64,000 bases of DNA. Origin: Promethearchaeota archaeon. GTDB taxonomy: Archaea > Asgardarchaeota > Lokiarchaeia > Sigyniarchaeales > SOKP01. The translations under genes were made by a program, and so were the position numbers. The notes below the pieces were generated by a model. That model was given only the letters and a program-made list of their open reading frames with translations, was not told the DNA's origin and made no database searches. The first letter of the stretch is position 1, and every line of letters starts with the position of its first letter. Shown here piece after piece: positions 42,238 to 50,335 of the stretch. The stretch covers positions 32,001 through 96,000 of the forward strand of contig JAEOTR010000006.1 of assembly GCA_016839705.1 (NCBI GenBank), written 5' to 3'.

Positions 42238-42657
42238 ATATACTCTGAAAAAGTAATGGAGCACTTTAAAAATCCCAGAAATATGGGAGAAATGAAAGAT
42301 GCCAACTCCGTAGGTGAGGTGGGAAATGAGATTTGAAAAAATCTCACCCAATATCCCACGTGCGGAGATTTAATGTACATATATATCAAAGTGAAAGAGG
42401 AAGACGGTCAAGAGATAATTGAAGATATATCTTTTCAAACCTTTGGTTGTGCTGCCGCAATTGCTACATCTTCCATGGTAACAGAAATGGCCAAAGGAAA
42501 AACCTTAGATGAGGGATTAGAAATTACTAGAGGAGATGTTGCAGAAAATCTAGATGGATTACCCCCTATTAAAATGCATTGTAGCAATTTAGCTGCTGAT
42601 GGATTGCACGAAGCTATAAAGAAATATCGTGAAGAGAAAAAATCTAGCATACATTAA
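42238..42657 (+). CDS. iscU: Fe-S scaffold IscU (copy 1), interrupted by a 27-nt BHB intron; probable ATA start; 130 aa if spliced
   Basis: [29 protein letters not shown]-[insert][13 protein letters not shown]...TFGCAAAIA...LPPIKMHCS; AGGTGA SD at 42226-42231. Confidence 0.88.
42326..42352 (+). other. Candidate archaeal bulge-helix-bulge mRNA intron (ATGAGATTTGAAAAAATCTCACCCAAT)
   Basis: Central helix TGGG/CCCA, 3-nt bulges AAA and ATA, an 8-bp intron stem with a GAAA loop, and an exon-exon stem. Canonical cuts restore GNPTCGD and remove the in-frame TGA. Confidence 0.8.
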
Positions 42658-42761
42658 AATTGGGAAGTTTTTAAGCATCTCTTCATTCAAACATTAAGTA
42701 TAAATTCTTTGCACTAATTTTAAAAATTATAGGTTTAATCTGAAATAAAAGGTGTATAAAG

Positions 42762-43145
42762 ATTTATTCAGATATTGTACTTGATCATTTCAAAAATCCT
42801 AGAAATCAAGGAGAAATGAAAGATCCTGATGCCGTCGGAAATGCAGGAAGCGCTGTATGTGGGGATTATATGCACGTTTTTATTAAAGTTAAAGAGGAAG
42901 ATGGAAAAGAGATAATAGATGAAATTTCATTCCAAACTTTTGGTTGTGCAGCAGCTATTGCGTCATCCAGTATGCTCACGGAGATGGCTAGGGGAAAACC
43001 TTTAGAAGAGGCAGAAAAGCTAACTAAAATGGAAATTGTTGATGCCTTAGGCGGATTACCTGAACCTAAAATTCATTGCAGTGTAATGGCTGCAGACGGA
43101 TTAAAAGAAGCAATTAGAGTGTATCGCGAGAAAAAGCTTAAGTAA
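42762..43145 (+). CDS. iscU: Fe-S scaffold IscU (copy 2, intronless); probable ATT (or ATA 42756) start
   Basis: IYSDIVLDHFKNPRNQGEMKDPDAVGNAGSAVCGDYM...FGCAAAIA...LPEPKIHCS; AGGTG SD at 42750-42754. Confidence 0.88.
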   Translation: MYSDIVLDHFKNPRNQGEMKDPDAVGNAGSAVCGDYMHVFIKVKEEDGKEIIDEISFQTFGCAAAIASSSMLTEMARGKPLEEAEKLTKMEIVDALGGLPEPKIHCSVMAADGLKEAIRVYREKKLK

Positions 43146-43188
43146 CTCGATTTTCCTTAAATAATGAAATCTATTTAATATAAATTTC

Positions 43189-43950
43189 TTAAATTTCGAC
43201 TGAATTGCTGCCATCAATAACTTTTACATTAGAGATATAAGAGATTTTCTGAATATCTGATAATAATCCTACTTTTGAATCGAGCTTCTTCGAGATTTCT
43301 TCTCCTTTCTTAAAAGATAATAATTTCGATTTTTTCTTGAAAGTGACAATGAAACTAATACGGTTTGTATTCTCATCTATTGAATCTATTCCTAACATTG
43401 TATAATATTTCAAATGGCGCACGAATATCGGGCTTAAAATCAGAGAATAATCTTCAGAAACGGGAAAATCAAGCTCAATAATATCTTGAGCTAAGCCTTT
43501 AGCTCCAAATTTTCCATAAGTCATGAAGTACATTAAACTACAACCAACTGTGGTAAGCATTATTCCTACCAAATAAAACCGAGTGCCACAAGCCATTCCT
43601 ACAGCCATTACAAAAAAGATAAAACCAACATCCCTAGTTTCTTTAAGGGCATTTCTAAATCTCACAATGGAGAGTGCTCCCACTAATGTAAATGCTCGGG
43701 CAATATCTGTGCCAATGATTATCATAATCATTCCTACAATAACTCCTAACAAAACTAAAGTTTGAGTAAAATTTTGAGAGTATGAAATACTTCGATGAGT
43801 ACCTCGATAGGTTATTCCAATAAGGATTGATAAAATGATACTCCAGAAGAATACAATTATTACGTCAGTAATTTCTATAGGTGATATAATTGAACCTAAG
43901 CTAAGAAATGAATCTTCAATAAACTTTCTTAGAAAGTCATCTAACCACAT
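43189..43950 (-). CDS. DUF4956-family membrane protein
   Basis: ARAFTLVGALSIVRFRNALKETRD motif. Confidence 0.88.
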   Translation of the reverse strand: MWLDDFLRKFIEDSFLSLGSIISPIEITDVIIVFFWSIILSILIGITYRGTHRSISYSQNFTQTLVLLGVIVGMIMIIIGTDIARAFTLVGALSIVRFRNALKETRDVGFIFFVMAVGMACGTRFYLVGIMLTTVGCSLMYFMTYGKFGAKGLAQDIIELDFPVSEDYSLILSPIFVRHLKYYTMLGIDSIDENTNRISFIVTFKKKSKLLSFKKGEEISKKLDSKVGLLSDIQKISYISNVKVIDGSNSVEI

Positions 43951-43991
43951 AATATGAGAAAAATTTTGTTCTAAATTAAATTTATGAAATA

Positions 43992-44747
43992 TTAAATCAA
44001 AGCAAAAATCTTTGTTTTTTCTAATCCTGCAGCGAATTTTGAAATCTTATACTGCACACAATCATTTTTTTGAATTATTTTAATAGCCCATTTAGGAATA
44101 ATATTGTTAAATTTTACCTCCATTATACAAATATTTGGAGGAATTATATATCTCGATCCAACCCCGAATCGAAGGTCAAGGTTATGCTTTCTCACCTTTA
44201 AATTCGTATCGAATGTTAAACGAAAGGTTTTTTCAACTCTTGACATATAAGGTTGCCTGTGATAAGATACAACACATACAGGTTTTACATTATATTTCTT
44301 ATAAAGAAACCAAATTTCATCTAAAGTGGACTTATCCTGTGCAGATGCATTTTCATAAAAATTTTTAGCTTCATTGTTATAACTGTCTAAAATACTTACC
44401 GCCTTGTTAAGAGGTACAAATATCCTGCTTTTTGCAACGTTTTCATTTATTTTTTTCTTAATCTCGATAAAAGCGTATTGTTGACTGTCTCTAGAGTAAT
44501 TAGGATAATGTCGTATTCTAAGTTTTTTCCTAATTGCTATTCCATTTCTTTTCTCAAGAAAAGAATGTTGGAAATGTGAATCAAAATACAAGCTTCTAAC
44601 CTCATAATTGTAATTATTACGAACATGAGGATCCAATTTCATGAAAGGAGGAATATAAGAAAGTATTCTATCTCGTTCCTCTAATGAAATTTGATATTTA
44701 ATTTCAAATCTATTGAAATATTTTTGAAAGCTCTGGATTTTTTTCAC
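43992..44747 (-). CDS. VTC-domain (polyphosphate polymerase-like, CYTH fold) protein
   Basis: RFEIKY, RSLYFD, KLRIR, EIKKK, RLTFD, MEVK and SKF. Confidence 0.9.
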   Translation of the reverse strand: MKKIQSFQKYFNRFEIKYQISLEERDRILSYIPPFMKLDPHVRNNYNYEVRSLYFDSHFQHSFLEKRNGIAIRKKLRIRHYPNYSRDSQQYAFIEIKKKINENVAKSRIFVPLNKAVSILDSYNNEAKNFYENASAQDKSTLDEIWFLYKKYNVKPVCVVSYHRQPYMSRVEKTFRLTFDTNLKVRKHNLDLRFGVGSRYIIPPNICIMEVKFNNIIPKWAIKIIQKNDCVQYKISKFAAGLEKTKIFALI

Positions 44748-44771
44748 CTATTCGATTGTTTGTTTTTTGAT

Positions 44772-47420
44772 TTAAGGTAATTGAGTATAAACAAATTGAG
44801 TACGACCTATTAAATAAGTCAACACTCGGGATTTATCATAGTTAAAATAACTTTCATGAATTATAATGGGGTAACCTACAACAGGATACGGATCAGTATA
44901 ATCGAATGGAATAATTACTGTTGGTTTAATAAAATCAAACCATTGTTCTACTTGTAATATTAATGATGCAGCATTATTTACAATTTCTTCATGAGAGTCG
45001 TAGTATGCATCAACAAAATCTGAATCGGTTATTGCATTATCCCATAACGGTCGTGGACTTGGTGAAATCTGTGCCCAAATGCTGATAGCATCATACCAAT
45101 GTTCATACCCAGAAAGTAATGGTGCATTTCGAAAATCAGGAGCTCCGAAAGCGATCATAGAATTATGCCCCATGTTTAGGGTCTGTTCAGCATCCCAAGG
45201 TAAAAAAATAAAACCATAATGAGGATCAGAATATAAGAAGTAATTATGAGGAAGAAATATATAATCATCCCAATTGCCAATGAAATTGCTTGCTGCAAAA
45301 TACCTGGCTAAAAGATCTATATTAGCAACATCTTGAATATTACTCCAATTATAATTAATGTATTGGACGAATTTCTCCAAATCAGAATAATCATCTTGTT
45401 CTTCATTTGTTCTCAATTCGTAAACTCGACGACCATCCCAGGAAAAATAATTTTTTATACTTGGAAGATTAGCAAGATTAGCGTTAAGATCTGTAGTTTT
45501 ATAAAGATTTCCATTAGGGTTTTTAAAGTTATAGTTTAGGAAGGTCTTATCAATATCCTCTGTAAGTAAATACAACCCTTTGTATTCTCTAGGTTTAACT
45601 ATATCTCCATTTTCATCCGTTTCAGTAAGAAAAAGTTTCGCCCAACTAGTTCTTGGGCATGGATATCCGAGATTTTTATAGATTTCATAACTCGCCATTT
45701 CATTCATAAAGGAATAATCTGTTGGAGCTGCTCGTATATTTAGCCTTCGTAATCCTAAGAATCGTCGATTTTCATTTTCTGGTAGATAAGAATATTGTAA
45801 ATCTCCGATATATAATTCCGTTTCGCTAAACTTTAATTTAAAAGAATCTTTGGGATATAAAACATTATAATTAGCACGAACCCTAAACCCAACATTTTCT
45901 ATCGAATATTCATCAATTGAAACATCAGCCGGCATAAAGAGACGGTTTGTCCAACGATTACTGTCATGTTTACGAATCATCATATCATCTAAGTAATCTA
46001 TTTGAATAACAACATTGACCTCATGGATTTTTTGAGTTGAAAATAATAAAGATGATTTGAAATAATATCTTCTGGCGGTGGGAGTTGAAAATCCTAATAT
46101 ATTATCATCAGCACGGTAAGGTGATTTAAAATTATCAAAAAATACATTAGGTTGCTCAGTTAAGATGTTATCCAATAAATTACATCTGTTTATTATCCAG
46201 TTTTCAACTGTATCAGTGATATTTTCAACTGAATTATCGTCATTTAAAGATCGAGTAAGTGAATTTTGGATTGGTATGTAAAGTTCTTGGAAACGATTTA
46301 TTAGATCATCTAATTTCCAAATATTAGTTCTTAAATAACTCCAACGGTTAATAATATCTGATATAAACCCATCGTTTATCGAAGAATTATCAGGAAATAA
46401 GAGTCGATGGTATAATTTACTCCAGACTACAGAGTCAATTTGATTTTCACCACTATTTAACCAAAGATCAATAGGGATAGAACCGTGTTCGGAAAAACCC
46501 CAGCATTGTGCAAAATCCCAAGGTAGAAAAAAGAAAACCCCCGAAGTTTTATGGTTATACACCATATAATATGAAGATCCTTCTATAATTTCATGACCAA
46601 CTAATAACCCAAATAATAGGTTATCAATTAAAGTAATATTATCAAATATCGTAAAAATACCATATTCATGGTTGAACAGTTCTTCCTCTGATGCATTATT
46701 AACAAACTCAGTAAGATTAATAGGAATTTGAGAAAAATCAATTGTATTTGGATATAATTGCTCCATTGGAGGATTAGTAGCTGTAGGATCTAGATAGAAG
46801 TCACCGTTCCAATTATTCGCCTTAAATATCATATCATTTTCCTCGGGATTACTAATATCTTCTTGCTCTAAATTCATAAATTTTCGATCTATTCTCTCAG
46901 AGAGTAAATAGAGACCTTGGTAATTCTCATTTATATAAACTTCTACAAACTTAGATTGCGGAAGTTTACAATAAGAATTGTTATCTTCTAGCATATTAAA
47001 AACATCAAAAGCTAGTTTTGTCCTTAAAGCGTCTAAATTTTTACCAGAAGGTAAAAGAATCCAATCGTCATCATCACGAATTCGAAATAAATTTTCACTT
47101 TGATATAACTCAAAAGAAAAACCCCCATCAGAATCCCTTCTTCTAATTTCGGCAGCTAAATAGTGATTGGCCCATTGAGATTTTACAAATTCATTAGAAA
47201 TCGGAGAAATCTTTATAAAGCATTGTTGAGCAGAATTTGTTACTTCATTTGATACTTTAATATTAATTATTGGTACTTCTGGAGTATATGAGATCGAATT
47301 TGTAGTATCCTGATAAGAAAAATAGACAAAAGTCGAAATGGTGATAACCGAAATGATGAGGAAAGGAACTAATTCTCTCTTAAGTCGAGATGGCTTTAGT
47401 TTTTCGAGTTGAACAGACAT
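44772..47420 (-). CDS. Membrane-anchored protein with two CotH kinase domains
   Basis: Two YxGLYLLxExID and PWD motifs; the C-terminal domain has NWDD...HNYFLY. Confidence 0.85.
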   Translation of the reverse strand: MSVQLEKLKPSRLKRELVPFLIISVITISTFVYFSYQDTTNSISYTPEVPIINIKVSNEVTNSAQQCFIKISPISNEFVKSQWANHYLAAEIRRRDSDGGFSFELYQSENLFRIRDDDDWILLPSGKNLDALRTKLAFDVFNMLEDNNSYCKLPQSKFVEVYINENYQGLYLLSERIDRKFMNLEQEDISNPEENDMIFKANNWNGDFYLDPTATNPPMEQLYPNTIDFSQIPINLTEFVNNASEEELFNHEYGIFTIFDNITLIDNLLFGLLVGHEIIEGSSYYMVYNHKTSGVFFFLPWDFAQCWGFSEHGSIPIDLWLNSGENQIDSVVWSKLYHRLLFPDNSSINDGFISDIINRWSYLRTNIWKLDDLINRFQELYIPIQNSLTRSLNDDNSVENITDTVENWIINRCNLLDNILTEQPNVFFDNFKSPYRADDNILGFSTPTARRYYFKSSLLFSTQKIHEVNVVIQIDYLDDMMIRKHDSNRWTNRLFMPADVSIDEYSIENVGFRVRANYNVLYPKDSFKLKFSETELYIGDLQYSYLPENENRRFLGLRRLNIRAAPTDYSFMNEMASYEIYKNLGYPCPRTSWAKLFLTETDENGDIVKPREYKGLYLLTEDIDKTFLNYNFKNPNGNLYKTTDLNANLANLPSIKNYFSWDGRRVYELRTNEEQDDYSDLEKFVQYINYNWSNIQDVANIDLLARYFAASNFIGNWDDYIFLPHNYFLYSDPHYGFIFLPWDAEQTLNMGHNSMIAFGAPDFRNAPLLSGYEHWYDAISIWAQISPSPRPLWDNAITDSDFVDAYYDSHEEIVNNAASLILQVEQWFDFIKPTVIIPFDYTDPYPVVGYPIIIHESYFNYDKSRVLTYLIGRTQFVYTQLP

Positions 47421-47512
47421 TTTGATACCTTATTTATTTTCAAAATTTTAAAGCTTTCTAATAATAAATAGATATCGAATTGTTGAGTAGGTTGTGGTGT
47501 AAGAAAAATTTT

Positions 47513-48397
47513 TCAGAAGTGGTTTATTAAAATTGTTGATAGCTTTTCCCAATAATTCTCTATATTCCAGTCTTTTTGATCTTTGATTTTCGAAGATATA
47601 TCTTTAAAAATTTCTTTTATTTTTAAAGAAGCGAAATAATTTATCTTAGGTGCGACCAATCCAATCATATAACGTCTTTCTCCTCCCCTCACAGAACTAT
47701 CTTGAAAAGAATCAAAGAAGATATAACCATCTCGATTGAAGTTTTTAATATTAAGTAATATACCCTCTGCTTTACTGATGTTTTCATACCCATAGAGGGA
47801 AACTATTGCATGGAATAATTGTTGTCCCAGCCTTTCAATTGAAAAAGAAGAATTTCCATTTTTTGGAAAATTAGATATTAATTTTGGACCTGTTTTATCA
47901 TCCCAAAATACAACTAATAGGATAACATGACTTTTCTCTTCTTCTGTAATTGACGGAATTGTTTTCATCTTAACAGAGGAAAGTAAAACTTCAAGTTTTG
48001 CATTGATTTCTTTTATATTTTTATTCCGAGAGATTTTTCCAGCTATAATCGCAAGTAGATCTTCAGTGTGAAATGGTTTTGTGAGATAATCGTCAACACC
48101 TAACATTTTCCCCAACCGAACATCTTCAGGAGTATTATGCCCTGATAAAAAAATGAAAGGAATATGATTGAGCATGTTTTTATTCGAGATAGCTTCAAAT
48201 AAATTATAACCATCCATTTCCGGCATAACAATATCACTTATGATAATTTCAGGAATCTTTTTAGAAGTATAACGTAGTTCCAAAGCAACTTGTCCATTAT
48301 TTGCAGTGATTACGTCGTAATCTTTCACTTCTAATAAATGTCGTATATTTCGTAACAATCCTAAATCATCATCTACAACAAATATTAAAGGTTTCAC
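47513..48397 (-). CDS. Response regulator receiver fused to a longin/uDENN-like domain (start probably GTG 48397)
   Basis: VVDDD, SDIVMPEMDG, FLSG and YLTKPF; C-terminal VFWDDKTGPKL...RGGERRYMIGLV. Confidence 0.82.
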   Translation of the reverse strand: MKPLIFVVDDDLGLLRNIRHLLEVKDYDVITANNGQVALELRYTSKKIPEIIISDIVMPEMDGYNLFEAISNKNMLNHIPFIFLSGHNTPEDVRLGKMLGVDDYLTKPFHTEDLLAIIAGKISRNKNIKEINAKLEVLLSSVKMKTIPSITEEEKSHVILLVVFWDDKTGPKLISNFPKNGNSSFSIERLGQQLFHAIVSLYGYENISKAEGILLNIKNFNRDGYIFFDSFQDSSVRGGERRYMIGLVAPKINYFASLKIKEIFKDISSKIKDQKDWNIENYWEKLSTILINHF

Positions 48398-48641
48398 AGT
48401 TAAGAACTCGCTTTTCTTGTTTTCATAGCAGAATTTTTTTAAATTTAAAGGGAGAAAATTTTTCAATAATAACAAAAATATCCCCTTTTTTATGATTTCT
48501 GGAAAGGAAAATCTTATAAAGATGAAATTTTATATCGCGATAATAAAGCTGGTATTATAAATTGTAGTGATAAAATTAATTAAGAATATCTTTATCTAAA
48601 GCCTATAATCAAAAAACAGCAAAAATAAAGAGTTGATTTAA

Positions 48642-48869
48642 ATTTTATTACACACATACACACTAAGCCCTTACCATTGGATTTTTATGCTAGTAGGGGG
48701 AATTGCTTTAGTTGTAGTAAACCTATTTATTGCTAAATATATGCATAAAGATGCGCTTAAAAGAGACATTAAAAATAGCGAATTCTGGTTATTAATCGGT
48801 TTTATTTTAGGTGTACTTGGTTTACTTCTTTATGTTTTCGTTCGGAAAAATTATGAAGTGAGAACATAG
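48642..48869 (+). CDS. Small two-TM membrane protein (ATT start possible; otherwise ATG 48687)
   Basis: HKDALKR...W...LGVLGLLLYVFVR pattern; frame opens at ATT 48642. Confidence 0.65.
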   Translation: MLLHTYTLSPYHWIFMLVGGIALVVVNLFIAKYMHKDALKRDIKNSEFWLLIGFILGVLGLLLYVFVRKNYEVRT

Positions 48870-48913
48870 AATTTAAAATTTAAAAAAAAAGATTTTTTTT
48901 CTATTTCTTTTAA

Positions 48914-49102
48914 TTATCGTTTATCTATGATTAATTCTCCACCAACACCTACATTTTCAGGTAAATTCTCTTTTATTACAATCACATAAGCGCTTCTTGG
49001 GATCTTATATGCTTTTTCCAGTGATTCAGTAATTTCTTTAACGAGGACTCTCTTAACTTCTAATTCTTTAATTGGTGGACCATCTATTACTACATTTGGC
49101 AT
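48914..49102 (-). CDS. dmpI: 4-oxalocrotonate tautomerase family protein
   Basis: N-terminal Pro (MP), 62 aa, ENVGVGG. Confidence 0.85.
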   Translation of the reverse strand: MPNVVIDGPPIKELEVKRVLVKEITESLEKAYKIPRSAYVIVIKENLPENVGVGGELIIDKR

Positions 49103-49251
49103 TATTTAACCCTCTTTATTCTGATTTTTTATATTTTTATTTAATATATTGAAATATTTATTAGATATAATTGAATTTTTAATGTTAATTCATTGAATAA
49201 GTTACTAAAAAAGGTATTTAATTCATTAAGAATTCATATTTATAAATTTTA

Positions 49252-50124
49252 ATGATTACGATTATGATGTTTACAAAACCAATAACGGATGTTATCAAAA
49301 AGCGAACATCTTGGAGGACCTATACAAATGAGCCCCTCGCACAGGATGTCAGAGAAAAAATGATTAATATGATGAGAGATAATGATTTTGGTAGTCCTTT
49401 CAGTGAAAAAGCGGGAAATTCTCGGTTTGAACTCTTGAGCATACCCGAATTCGATCCTTCAGAAAGAGAAAACTTAGGAACCTATGGAACAATTGAAGGA
49501 GTGCAGGATTTTATTGTTGGGGCGATAGAGAAATCTAAATATGATCGTGAACATTTTGGGTATATATTGGAATCACTTATATTAGGTGCAACTGATCTTG
49601 GTCTTGGAACAGTCTGGTTGGGCGGTACTTTCAATCGTAGCTTATTTTCAGCAAAAATAAAAAAGAAAGAAAATGAAATAGTTCCAGCAATTACTCCTAT
49701 AGGGTATCCAGCAGCCAGAACATCTAAAGAAATAACGATTCGATCATATGCAAAAGCTGATAAGCGATTTCCCTGGGAGAAGCTCTTTTTTAAAGGTGAT
49801 TTTTCAACCCCTCTCAAACTTGAAAATGAATATTTCACATTAATTGAAAATGTACGCCTTGGACCTTCTGCTGGCAATTTTCAACCCTGGAGAATTGTTA
49901 AGGAGCCTACTGAAGATAATTTTCACTTCTACCTTTTATACACTGATGATAAAATGGGAAAGGTTTATAATGTATTTAAGCGACTTGATATTGGAATAGC
50001 TGTGAGCCACTTTAACCTCAGTGCGAAAGAATTGGGAATTAACGGAAAATGGGGCTTTGAAAAACCTAACATTTCTACAACTGAGGATTTTCAGTACATT
50101 ATTTCTTGGTACGGGGATAATTAA
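49252..50124 (+). CDS. Nitroreductase family protein (double domain)
   Basis: KRTSWRTY, LGLGTVW, GPSAGNFQPW and DIGIA. Confidence 0.88.
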   Translation: MITIMMFTKPITDVIKKRTSWRTYTNEPLAQDVREKMINMMRDNDFGSPFSEKAGNSRFELLSIPEFDPSERENLGTYGTIEGVQDFIVGAIEKSKYDREHFGYILESLILGATDLGLGTVWLGGTFNRSLFSAKIKKKENEIVPAITPIGYPAARTSKEITIRSYAKADKRFPWEKLFFKGDFSTPLKLENEYFTLIENVRLGPSAGNFQPWRIVKEPTEDNFHFYLLYTDDKMGKVYNVFKRLDIGIAVSHFNLSAKELGINGKWGFEKPNISTTEDFQYIISWYGDN

Positions 50125-50290
50125 TTTTATTAGGATTTTGAGAGGATTCTTCTGGATACATAAAATTATTTCAAATTATTATTTGGGTTACTTTTTAAAA
50201 TTATTTTAAATAATAAAAATCCTTGAGGTTTTATTAAATAGCTCATGAAATTTACCAAGATTTCTTTCAAATTATAAACAAAAGGTATAA

Positions 50291-50309
50291 TTAATACATT
50301 ATGTAATAA
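50291..50309. promoter_or_regulatory. Inverted repeat TTAATACAT-T-ATGTAATAA upstream of copA (candidate metal-responsive operator)
   Basis: 8/9 inverted repeat with a TACA...TGTA core, about 27 nt before the start. Confidence 0.35.
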
Positions 50310-50335
50310 AAAACATGAAGCTAGGTGATATTTGA

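Noticed and set aside
42326-42373. Short [18 protein letters not shown] starting at the intron's first base; the 27-nt circle would also be an endless ORF
   Set aside because: Too short to support and probably a by-product of the intron sequence
42373-42657. 94-aa ORF-track call as a complete IscU, or iscU1 as a simple pseudogene
   Set aside because: The short ORF lacks the first Cys ligand. The upstream exon is intact, and the only lesion is a precisely excisable BHB insert.
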